A stretch of 64,000 nucleotides of DNA from Anaerolineae bacterium (GTDB taxonomy: Bacteria > Chloroflexota > Anaerolineae > B4-G1 > DUEL01), in the NCBI GenBank assembly GCA_025060135.1, contig JANXCY010000013.1:2203-66202 (forward strand). The letters are read 5' to 3'. This document shows, piece after piece, positions 1-7,861 of the stretch. The first letter of the stretch is position 1. Each line of letters starts with the position of its first letter. Below the pieces are notes generated by a model. That model saw only the letters and a program-made list of their open reading frames with translations. It searched no databases and was not told the DNA's origin. The translations under genes were made by a program, and so were the position numbers.

Positions 1-1411
1 TCCGCTTCGGGTTGCCCCCGGTCTGCTCCACCGCCTCCACGGCCAGCGCGAAGGCGCGCACTTCCTCGGAGGGGGGCGACTGGGCCCAGCGGACGACGAC
101 CAGCAGGCCACCCTCGGCCAGGCGGCGCATCGCGGCGACGAAGCCCTCCACCGTGTAGCGGTAATTCTCCGCCAGACTGTAGGCGCCGGAGGTAACGGGG
201 TGGTAGGGAGACGGGAGGGCCAGAAGGACGACGTCGTACTCCGGGCCAGCCCGGGCCAGAAAGGCCCGCCCGTCCTCTATAAACAGAGCGACATCCGGGC
301 GGTCATAGAGGTTTCCGGCCCAGGCCCCCTGCGCGCGGACAGCGGCAACGACCAGCGGGTTCGGTTCCACCGCCGTTACCGAACGGGCCCCCTCCGCCAG
401 CGCGACCCAGAGGTCCCAACCGCCGCGCGGGTCCAGGACCAGCGCCCGGGCCCCGGGCCGCAGGCGGTATGGCAGCGCGGTCAGCAGACAATCGGTCAGC
501 GGGGCCAGTTCCGCCGGGTCGGAGACGTGCGTGATCGGGCTGAGGTCGTCCCCGTCCACGAAGAGCGCGCGCTGGGGCGGCGGCTGTCCCCGGCAGGCGA
601 TCCCCTGCCCGGGGAGACTGCGGATGAGGGAGGATTCCACCACGTCCACCCGGGAGATACCGTTCCAGGCGCGCAGGAGCAGACGGCTATCCGGGTACTG
701 GAGGGCATAGGAGAGACCTTTATAGGGGGAAAGGCGGATTTCCAGGACGGGGGGAAGCCGGAAGGCGGTCAGCACCAGGCCCCCGGCCACGAGCCATTGG
801 ACCAGAGCGCCGGGCCAGCGGGGGCGGTAGAAGAGGAGTGCCGAGAGTCCCCCCAGCGCAGCGGTCAGGAAGACCATGCCCTCGGCGCCGGTGCGGGACG
901 GTACGACCACGGCCAGCAGGCACCCCAGCGCCGACCCGGCCAGATTGGCCGCGTAGGTCCGTCCCACCTGGCCCCGACGGATGGCCAGGAGCAACCCGGT
1001 CGCCGCCCCCGCGCAGAAGAAGGGGAGCGAAAGCGCCACGTAGTGGAGGGTCAGGATGCCCCACTGCCCGGGGTCCAGCGTAACGCGGAAGGAATCAAAG
1101 GGGAGCGCCTGAGTGAGCCCGTAGGCGCCGACAGCGCTGAGAGCAAACCCCCAGGCCAGGAGCGCCAGGGCCCGCTCCGGACGGCGGATCCGTCCCCCGG
1201 CCAGGCTCAGAAACGTCCCGCTGGCGCCAAAGCCCAGGAGTGCCAGGCTGACGGTCATAAAGGCGAAATGGTAGAACTGGGAGACGGAGAAGAGGCGGAC
1301 CAGGTTGACCTCAAAAGCCAACGTGGCGGCGGAGAGGAGGAAGAGGCCCAGCAGGGAGCAGGGCATATGTCGCCGGGACCGGGAAACCCATCGCCTCATA
1401 CCGGTATCCAT
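1..1411 (-). CDS. Membrane-anchored spermidine-synthase-like SAM-dependent protein; 3' end runs off the window
   Basis: Absent from the ORF track (no stop in window). Manual translation from ATG 1411 (SD GGAG): MDTGMRRW...LFLLSAATLAFEVNLVRLFSVSQFYHFAFMTVSLALLGFGASG, many TM helices, then LVLDPRGG..L and YDVVLL..PVTSGAYSLAENYRYTVEGF. Confidence 0.8.
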   Translation of the reverse strand, partial: MDTGMRRWVSRSRRHMPCSLLGLFLLSAATLAFEVNLVRLFSVSQFYHFAFMTVSLALLGFGASGTFLSLAGGRIRRPERALALLAWGFALSAVGAYGLTQALPFDSFRVTLDPGQWGILTLHYVALSLPFFCAGAATGLLLAIRRGQVGRTYAANLAGSALGCLLAVVVPSRTGAEGMVFLTAALGGLSALLFYRPRWPGALVQWLVAGGLVLTAFRLPPVLEIRLSPYKGLSYALQYPDSRLLLRAWNGISRVDVVESSLIRSLPGQGIACRGQPPPQRALFVDGDDLSPITHVSDPAELAPLTDCLLTALPYRLRPGARALVLDPRGGWDLWVALAEGARSVTAVEPNPLVVAAVRAQGAWAGNLYDRPDVALFIEDGRAFLARAGPEYDVVLLALPSPYHPVTSGAYSLAENYRYTVEGFVAAMRRLAEGGLLVVVRWAQSPPSEEVRAFALAVEAVEQTGGNPKR

Positions 1412-1412
1412 T

Positions 1413-1733
1413 TTATCTCCATCCCAGCCGGGCCCGCTACGAGAGAAGCCGGATGGCCCGCCCGGCCAAGCGGGCCGCCGGGTGGTCCATCGGGCCGTTC
1501 CCGTAGATGGCGGCCTGGTACCGGTTCAGCAGGGGCCCCACCCAGGGTTTCGCCTGGAGAAGCCACTCTATCCGCTGGGGCGCCCGCTCAGCAGGCGTTT
1601 CCGCCGGGGAGGGCGGGAGGTTCAGCCAGGCCGGGGCCAGGTTGATCTCCCCTTTCTCCGGGCCGTCCCACCCGCGCATGGAAGTCGGAGGCACCGACAA
1701 CGGACAGGAGAAATTTCCCGGGTTCCCCATCAT
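1413..1733 (-). pseudogene. Probable remnant of a DUF4129-like C-terminus
   Basis: PAETPAERA...LLNRYQAAIYG resembles DUF4129. TAG at 1437-1439 is followed in frame by RARLGWR-TAA (1413-1415), which abuts the next ATG. Confidence 0.35.
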
Positions 1734-1754
1734 CCAGGCCGCTTCTCACCGACC

Positions 1755-1804
1755 ATTGTATCACACTGCATCCTCTTGACAACCTCCTCACTCTGCCGTA
1801 CCAT
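1755..1804. promoter_or_regulatory. Overlapping divergent sigma70-type promoters
   Basis: Plus strand: TTGACA 1776-1781, 17 nt, TACCAT 1799-1804. Minus strand: TTGTCA 1782-1777, 16 nt, TACAAT 1760-1755 with TG extension. Confidence 0.55.
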
Positions 1805-2086
1805 GAAAACTGCCTGGACCCAAGCGTCAATCGCCGAATGGCAAGAACCTTTTCCGGCCTCGCTGTCGCGCAGATGGGAAATCCGCCTTCCTGGGTGTGC
1901 TCACACCAGGCGTCCATTCGTTGACGCTTTCGGTATGGGACGGCCAGGCCGTCCCCTGGCCGCCGACCGGAGGAAGTTCGCCAGCATAGGGCAGACGTGG
2001 GGGCGCTATTCCTTACCCCCTCAGCAAGGCCTGATAACCTGCATACAGATGTTCCGCAAACCCTGCAGGGATCCCGGAGGTGAGCG

Positions 2087-3247
2087 ATTCGCGTCCTCAT
2101 CGTTCTCACATACTACCGTCCCCATACCAGTGGATTAACCATTTACGCCGAGCGACTGGCTCGGGGGCTGGCCCGGCGCGGCCACGCGGTTACCGTGATG
2201 ACCTCCCGTTATGATCGTTCCCTTCCGTTGACGGAGGAGCATGAGGGGGTCCGCGTCGTCCGGGTGCCGGTGGCGTTCCGGGTCAGTAAGGGGGTTATCA
2301 TGCCCACTTTCGGCTTCATCGCCACCCGGCTGGTCCGCCGCCACGACGTGGTCAGCCTTCACCTGCCCCAGTTTGATGCCGCTGGGGTAGCGGCCCGGGC
2401 CCGCCTGATGGGCAAGCCCTGCACCCTCACCTATCACTGCGACCTGAAACTTCCGGCCGGTCCCTTTAACGGCTTTGTCAACCGGGTCGTGGATGTGATG
2501 AACTATCTGGCGGGCCTGCTGGCCGACCGGGTAGTGGCCTACACCGAGGACTTCGCGATCCACTCCCCTTATCTGTCCCGATTCGCCCACAAAATGGTGG
2601 TGATCCCGCCCCCGGTAGAACTGCCTTCGGCTACCCCGGAGGAGGTGGCCAGGTTTGCCCGTCGGGTCGGGCTGGACGGACGGGGGCCAGTCATCGGTAT
2701 GGCGGCGCGGCTGGCGACAGAAAAGGGGGTGGAAGTCCTGCTGGAGGCCCTCCCGCGCGTCCTGGAAGTCTACCCGACCGCGCGGGTGCTCTTCGCCGGA
2801 CAATACCAGAACGTCCTGGGTGAGGAAGCGTACGCCCGGCGGCTGGCCCCGCTCCTGGAACGGCACCGGGACCGCTGGACCTTTCTGGGCGTCCTTTCCC
2901 CCCGAGAGATGGCCGCCTTTTACCCCAACCTGGACGTTATTGTGGTCCCCAGCCTGAATTCCACCGAGTCCTTCGGACTGGTTCAGGTGGAGGCCATGCT
3001 CTGCGGCACCCCGTCTATCGCCAGCGACCTGCCAGGCGTCCGCCAGCCGGTCCTCCAGACCGGGATGGGCGAAATTGTGCCGGTGGGAGACCCCCGCGCG
3101 CTGGCGGAAGCCATCCTGCGGGTCGTGAGCCGCCGGGAGCGATACGTCCGTCCCCGGGAGGAAATCGCCCAGCGCTGGAGCACCGAACAGACCGCCGCCG
3201 CGTACGAAGCGCTGTTTGAGCAGTTGCTGGCCCGCGCGGTCAGTTGA
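2087..3247 (+). CDS. Glycosyltransferase family 4 (GT-B); apparent ATT start
   Basis: IRVLIVLTYYRPHTSGLTIYAERLARGLARRGHAVTV lies in frame upstream of the called 2195 start. RLATEKG and ESFGLVQVEAM (EX7E) motifs present. Confidence 0.9.
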   Translation: MRVLIVLTYYRPHTSGLTIYAERLARGLARRGHAVTVMTSRYDRSLPLTEEHEGVRVVRVPVAFRVSKGVIMPTFGFIATRLVRRHDVVSLHLPQFDAAGVAARARLMGKPCTLTYHCDLKLPAGPFNGFVNRVVDVMNYLAGLLADRVVAYTEDFAIHSPYLSRFAHKMVVIPPPVELPSATPEEVARFARRVGLDGRGPVIGMAARLATEKGVEVLLEALPRVLEVYPTARVLFAGQYQNVLGEEAYARRLAPLLERHRDRWTFLGVLSPREMAAFYPNLDVIVVPSLNSTESFGLVQVEAMLCGTPSIASDLPGVRQPVLQTGMGEIVPVGDPRALAEAILRVVSRRERYVRPREEIAQRWSTEQTAAAYEALFEQLLARAVS

Positions 3248-3271
3248 CATTCCCTTCAGCCCGAATATAAT
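3244..3271 (+). promoter_or_regulatory. Consensus sigma70 promoter of the encapsulin operon
   Basis: TTGACA 3244-3249, 16 nt, TATAAT 3266-3271; SD GGAGGT before ATG 3305. Confidence 0.7.
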
Positions 3272-3304
3272 GAAACCAGTCCCAAATCATTCTGGAGGTG
3301 ACCC

Positions 3305-3667
3305 ATGCCGGAATTCGTCAATCCATTCAGCGGGAAAGTCCCCGAGCGGAAACTGACCCTGGAGGAACTGATCCGGGCCATCCGCCTGAACATTGCGGCC
3401 GAACACGAGGCCGTCCACCTCTATATGGCCCACGCCAATGCCACCGACCACCCTCTGGCCAAGAAGGTTCTCATTGACATTGCCAACGAGGAGCGGGTCC
3501 ACATCGGTGAGTTTGAGCGCCTGCTGGAGATTCTCACCGGCGACGAGGCGAAATGGCTGGCGGAGGGGAAGGCAGAAGTGGACGAGATGGCCGCCGAACT
3601 GGTCGGTTTCTCCCCCGCGAAGGGCGCGGGCGAAGAGCCGACGATCGGCGCTTTGCGCGAGTCGTGA
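3305..3667 (+). CDS. Encapsulin-associated ferritin-like cargo protein (Flp/EncFtn-like)
   Basis: AAEHEAVHLY and EERVHIGE di-iron motifs; C-terminal PTIGALR resembles the LxVGSL targeting peptide; directly upstream of the encapsulin gene. Confidence 0.9.
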   Translation: MPEFVNPFSGKVPERKLTLEELIRAIRLNIAAEHEAVHLYMAHANATDHPLAKKVLIDIANEERVHIGEFERLLEILTGDEAKWLAEGKAEVDEMAAELVGFSPAKGAGEEPTIGALRES

Positions 3668-3679
3668 GAGGAGGCCCCA

Positions 3680-4468
3680 ATGGCGAACAAGTATCTGGGT
3701 CGCGAAGGTGCTCCGTTTGGAGAGGAGGTTTGGGCCGCGCTGGACGCAGCGATGATAGAGGCGGCGAAAAGCCAACTGGCGGGCCGCCGGCTTCTGCCCC
3801 TGGAAGGACCCTACGGCCTGGGCCTGAAAGCGATCTTCTTGCCCGAGGAAGAGGTAGCCTCAGGGGTGTTCGTGAGCAAAACCCTCCCTCTGGTCTTCCT
3901 GGTGGAGGAATTTGTAATACCCCTGCGCGATATCGCGGCCTATGAGCGGGAAGGCCTGGCCCTTAACCTACAGCCAGTGGCTCAGGCCGCCCTTGCCGTG
4001 GCCTGTCGGGAGGACGAATGGATCTTCCACGGTGCGGCGGGTGTGCCTGGCCTCCTGAACGCTTCGGGCGTCCAGAAGATGAAACTCTCCGACTGGAGCC
4101 CGGTCGGCGCAGCGATGGATGATCTTATCCGAGCCGTTACCATATTGGACGAGACGGGCTTTCACGGCCCTTACGCCCTGGGCCTGGCTCCTGCCCGCTA
4201 CAACCTCCTCTTCCGTCGCTATCCCGATGGCCCGATGACCGAACTGGATCACGTCCGGACCCTGGTAACCGGCGGTATCGTCAAAGTCCCCATCCTGAAA
4301 GATGGCGGCGTCCTGCTGGCTGTGGGTCGCCAGTACGCCTCCATCATCCTGGGCCAGGACATGCATGTCGGCTTCATTGGGCCGGATGATGAGGGACTGG
4401 AATTCACCGTCTCCGAGAGCCTGGCTCTGCACCTCAGAGTGCCAGCCTCGGTGTGCGTGCTGGAATAA
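3680..4468 (+). CDS. Family 1 encapsulin shell protein (linocin M18 family)
   Basis: 262 aa; YLGREGAPF..W, GRRLLPLEGPYGLG, EDEWIFHG, GPYAL, GQDMHVGF, ESL motifs. Confidence 0.92.
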   Translation: MANKYLGREGAPFGEEVWAALDAAMIEAAKSQLAGRRLLPLEGPYGLGLKAIFLPEEEVASGVFVSKTLPLVFLVEEFVIPLRDIAAYEREGLALNLQPVAQAALAVACREDEWIFHGAAGVPGLLNASGVQKMKLSDWSPVGAAMDDLIRAVTILDETGFHGPYALGLAPARYNLLFRRYPDGPMTELDHVRTLVTGGIVKVPILKDGGVLLAVGRQYASIILGQDMHVGFIGPDDEGLEFTVSESLALHLRVPASVCVLE

Positions 4469-4472
4469 AAAC

Positions 4473-4563
4473 AAAAAGGTGGCCGTTACCCTCAGAGGAC
4501 AGCCACCTGGCTTCCGGAGATCGGAGGGCGGGCGGCGGCCCAAAGGGTTGCCGCCCGCTTTCT
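4473..4563. terminator. Back-to-back intrinsic terminators between the convergent encapsulin and arsM genes
   Basis: A-tract plus AGGTGGC/GCCACCT (4477-4508) for the minus strand; GCGGGCGGCGGCCC-AAA-GGGTTGCCGCCCGC-TTT (4528-4561) for the plus strand. Confidence 0.65.
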
Positions 4564-4565
4564 CT

Positions 4566-5324
4566 CTACCGCTTCCGGGCCGTAACCAGAGCCGAGAACA
4601 CCGTCCCTTCGGGAAGCGCGCTCAGAGGAGGCGTATTCACAGTCCGAATTTCCACCTCGGTGAAGCCAGCCTCCTCCAGATAGCGAGCATACTCCTCCAT
4701 CTCCAGCGCGCCCCCGATACAGGCATTCCAGGCCTCCGGGTTTTCCCGCAGGGACGGGGGCAGGGAGCCTTTGGCAACCATATCGGCGATAGAGACCCGA
4801 CCGCCGGGCCTGAGCACGCGGAACATCTCCCGGAAGACGCGCGGCTTATCCGGCGAGAGATTGATAACGCAGTTGGAAATCACCCCATCCACGCTCTCGT
4901 CCTCCACCGGCAGGTCCTCCAGGTACCCCAGGCGGAACTCCACGTTGGAAAGCCCCAGTTGACGGGCCACCGCGCGGGCGCGCTCCACCATCTCCGGCGT
5001 CATATCCACGCCGATCACCCGACCTGTGGGGCCGACCCGCTGCGCGGCCAGAAAGCAATCCAACCCGCCGCCGGAGCCCAGATCCAGCACCGTCTCGCCC
5101 GGCCTGAGATCAACGCCCACGAACGGATTCCCGCAGCCTAGGCTCAGGAGTGCCTCCTCTGGCAGCCCCGCCAGCAAGTCCGCCGGATAGAGGGCCTCCG
5201 GCCCGCAGCAGGGGATAGCCGCTGGCCCGCAACAGGAAGGGGCCACTGGCCCGCAGCAGGACGTGGATGTGCGGCCCCGTTCGGCGTAGTAACGGCGAAC
5301 GTTTTCCCGAACGGAATCGGTCAT
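4566..5324 (-). CDS. arsM: Arsenite S-adenosylmethyltransferase
   Basis: SLGCGNP, VLDLGSGGGLD, GVDMTPEM, ISNCVINLSPDK, W.ACIGGA; Cys-pair N-terminus. Confidence 0.9.
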   Translation of the reverse strand: MTDSVRENVRRYYAERGRTSTSCCGPVAPSCCGPAAIPCCGPEALYPADLLAGLPEEALLSLGCGNPFVGVDLRPGETVLDLGSGGGLDCFLAAQRVGPTGRVIGVDMTPEMVERARAVARQLGLSNVEFRLGYLEDLPVEDESVDGVISNCVINLSPDKPRVFREMFRVLRPGGRVSIADMVAKGSLPPSLRENPEAWNACIGGALEMEEYARYLEEAGFTEVEIRTVNTPPLSALPEGTVFSALVTARKR

Positions 5325-5381
5325 CGGATCCTCCTTCCAGAATCCCTCTGCGTTCTCATCACCTCGGCGGTGAGAACGATC

Positions 5382-6821
5382 TCACCACTCCCTCTGGCCA
5401 TCGGCCAGGAAGCGGTTGATGTCGGCGGCGGCCCGCTTGCCGGCGCCCATCGCGCTCACTACCGTCGCCGCGCCGGTTACCACGTCCCCACCCGCCCAGA
5501 CCCGGGGCATCGTCGTCCGGCCCGTTTCCTCGTCCTTCACCACCACCGTCCCGTGCTTCGTCCGCTGTAACCCCTCCGCGTCCACGAAGACCAGCGGGTT
5601 CGGGCTGGTGCCCAGGGCGAAGATCACCATGTCCACATCCATTTCAAACTCCGAGCCGGGGATCGGGATCGGAGAGCGCCGACCAGAGGCGTCTGGCTCG
5701 CCCAGCGTCATCCGGATGCAGCGCATCCCCGCCACATTCCCCTTCGCATCCCCCAGAATCTCCACCGGATTGGTCAAAAAGTCAAAGATGACCCCTTCCT
5801 CTTCGGCGTGATGGACCTCTTCGGCTCGCGCCGGGACCTCGTCGCGGGAACGGCGGTAGACGATGTGGACTTCGCCGTCCTTCCCTCGCAGGGTCTGGAG
5901 ACGGAGCGCGCAGCGGGCGGCGTCCATTGCCACGTTCCCCGCGCCGATGACGGCGACTTTCCGCCCCACCTTCACCGGCGTGTCGTACTCTGGGAAGAGG
6001 TAGCCCTTCATCAGGTTGACGCGCGTGAGGAACTCGTTGGCGCTCATGACGCCGTTGTAGTTGATGCCCGGGATGCGCATGAACGAGGGGAGCCCGGCGC
6101 CCGTCCCCAGGAAGACCGCGTCGTACTCCGCCAGGAGTTCGGTCAGCGTGAGCGTCCGCCCAATGACGTGGTCAGTGCGAATCTGGATGCCCAGGCACTC
6201 CACCGCGTAGTCAATCTCCGCCTGGACGACGCTCTTGGGCAGACGGAACTCCGGGATGCCATAGACCAGGACGCCGCCGGGGGCATGCAGCGATTCAAAC
6301 ATCACCACCTCATGGCCCTCCCGGGCCACGTCCACCGCGCAGGTGAGCCCCGCCGGGCCGGTGCCGACGACGGCGACCTTCCGGCCGGTGGAGGGCTTGC
6401 GCTCCAGCGGGCAGGTCCGTCGGGCCAGTTCGTAGTCGCCCACGTACCGCTCCAGGCGTCCGATGGCAACGGGCTCGCCCTTCCTGGCCAGAACACAACG
6501 AACCTCACACTGGGTCTCCTGGGGGCAGACCCGCCCGCAGATGGCGGGAAGGCTGTTCTTGACCTTCATCGTCGCCACCGCGCCGACCATGTCCCCCTCC
6601 CGCAGCGCGCGGATAAACTCGGGGATCAAAACGCCCACGGGGCACCCATCCACACAGGGAGGGCGTGCGCACTGAAGGCATCGGTTCGCTTCCGCCACAG
6701 CCAGTTCTTCGGTCAATCCCAGCGCGACCTCGCGGAAGTTGCCCCGCCGGACGACCGGGTCCTGTTCGGGCATCTTCTGGCGGGGGATGCGGAGCCGTTC
6801 TCGTTGGGTAAGAGGGGTCAT
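5382..6821 (-). CDS. nfnB: NfnB/SudA (GltD-like) large subunit of electron-bifurcating NADH-dependent ferredoxin:NADP+ oxidoreductase
   Basis: RCLQC..PPCVDGCPV, CGRVCPQETQCE, GTGPAGL, GAGNVAMD, AGGDVVTGAATV; start at the TGATG overlap at 6821. Confidence 0.88.
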   Translation of the reverse strand: MTPLTQRERLRIPRQKMPEQDPVVRRGNFREVALGLTEELAVAEANRCLQCARPPCVDGCPVGVLIPEFIRALREGDMVGAVATMKVKNSLPAICGRVCPQETQCEVRCVLARKGEPVAIGRLERYVGDYELARRTCPLERKPSTGRKVAVVGTGPAGLTCAVDVAREGHEVVMFESLHAPGGVLVYGIPEFRLPKSVVQAEIDYAVECLGIQIRTDHVIGRTLTLTELLAEYDAVFLGTGAGLPSFMRIPGINYNGVMSANEFLTRVNLMKGYLFPEYDTPVKVGRKVAVIGAGNVAMDAARCALRLQTLRGKDGEVHIVYRRSRDEVPARAEEVHHAEEEGVIFDFLTNPVEILGDAKGNVAGMRCIRMTLGEPDASGRRSPIPIPGSEFEMDVDMVIFALGTSPNPLVFVDAEGLQRTKHGTVVVKDEETGRTTMPRVWAGGDVVTGAATVVSAMGAGKRAAADINRFLADGQREW

Positions 6822-7687
6822 CAGGTCGCCTCCTGCTCCTTCAGTATGCCCTCCAGGCGGCACTCGTGCTCCCAGCGTTCCACGGCCAGCCGCTCCTCGT
6901 CCCGGTAGAAGGAGAGACGAGCCAGGAGGTTGTCCCAGTCCACCTTGTGGCCGTCAAACTCCGGGCCGTCTACACAGACGAACTGTGCGCCCTCTTCCAG
7001 CAGGACGCGGCACCCGCCGCACATCCCCGTCCCGTCAATCATAATCGTGTTCAGACTGACGATGGTGGGGACGCCGAAGGGCTTCGTTGTTAGCGAGACG
7101 AATTTCATCATAATGGCGGGGCCGATAGCCCAGACGCGGGCAATCTCCTTCGCGCGCGCCTCCATCAGTTCTTTCAGAGGTTCGGTCACCAGCGCCTTGC
7201 GCCCGTAGGAGCCGTCGTCGGTGCAAACGATCAGTTCGTCCGAGACGGCGCGCATCCGCTCCTCCCAGAAGAGGAGACGCTTATTACGGGCACCGATAAT
7301 GGAGATGACAGAGTTCCCAGCCCCTTTGAGCGCGCGGGCGATGGGGAAGATGGGCGCGATCCCCACGCCGCCGCCCACACAGACGACTTTGCCGTAATGG
7401 GCGATTTCGGTGGGGTGGCCCAGAGGGCCGGCCAGCGTGGCCAGCGTATCGCCTACTCGCAGGGTGCCCAAATGCATGGTGGACTTGCCCACCTCCTGAA
7501 AGATGAGAGTGATGGTGCCAGCCTCCCGGTCATAGTCGGCAATGGTCAGGGGGATGCGTTCGCCCTGCTCGTCTATCCGGACAATGACAAACTGCCCGGC
7601 CTGCGCTTTGCGCGCCACATGGGGGGCTTCCACCACTATCAGTTTGGTTACATCGCTGAGAACCTGTTTTTCCAGAATCCGGTACAC
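6821..7687 (-). CDS. nfnA: NfnA/SudB small subunit (FAD/NAD-binding, 2Fe-2S)
   Basis: GQFVIVR..E.GERIPLTI, VGGGVGIAP, MIDGTGMCGGCRV, CVDGPEFD; GTG 7687 follows GGAGG. Confidence 0.9.
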   Translation of the reverse strand: MYRILEKQVLSDVTKLIVVEAPHVARKAQAGQFVIVRIDEQGERIPLTIADYDREAGTITLIFQEVGKSTMHLGTLRVGDTLATLAGPLGHPTEIAHYGKVVCVGGGVGIAPIFPIARALKGAGNSVISIIGARNKRLLFWEERMRAVSDELIVCTDDGSYGRKALVTEPLKELMEARAKEIARVWAIGPAIMMKFVSLTTKPFGVPTIVSLNTIMIDGTGMCGGCRVLLEEGAQFVCVDGPEFDGHKVDWDNLLARLSFYRDEERLAVERWEHECRLEGILKEQEAT

Positions 7688-7750
7688 AGCCACCTCCCTG
7701 AGAAACAGGTGGACCGCTCCACCTGCCCAAGCAACGCTTGACCGGATGCA

Positions 7751-7779
7751 AGGATACCCCGGAAGCGACTTCCGGTCAA
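7751..7779 (-). promoter_or_regulatory. Probable nfnAB promoter inside a 10-bp inverted repeat
   Basis: TTGACC, 17 nt, TATCCT; flanked by CTTGACCGGA (7737-7746) and TCCGGTCAAG (7771-7780). Confidence 0.45.
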
Positions 7780-7861
7780 GTGAAATTGCTCCCGATTTTC
7801 CCCTGTCTCCTGTCGCAGTATGGCCCTGTTCTTTCAGATGGAGTGAAGGGCCTGGCCGAAG

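Noticed and set aside
200-1645. 481-aa plus-strand ORF and other long shadow ORFs (e.g. 49522-52065, 59556-61334, 17106-18722)
   Set aside because: They are antisense to well-supported genes, have no motifs, and are expected in high-GC coding DNA.
2081-2083. TGA upstream of the GT4 ATT read as selenocysteine
   Set aside because: It is part of the SD (GGAGGTGA), and the GT4 family N-terminus begins at the ATT.
3266-3290. Fur/PerR box at the encapsulin promoter
   Set aside because: The dyad symmetry is too weak to support a call.
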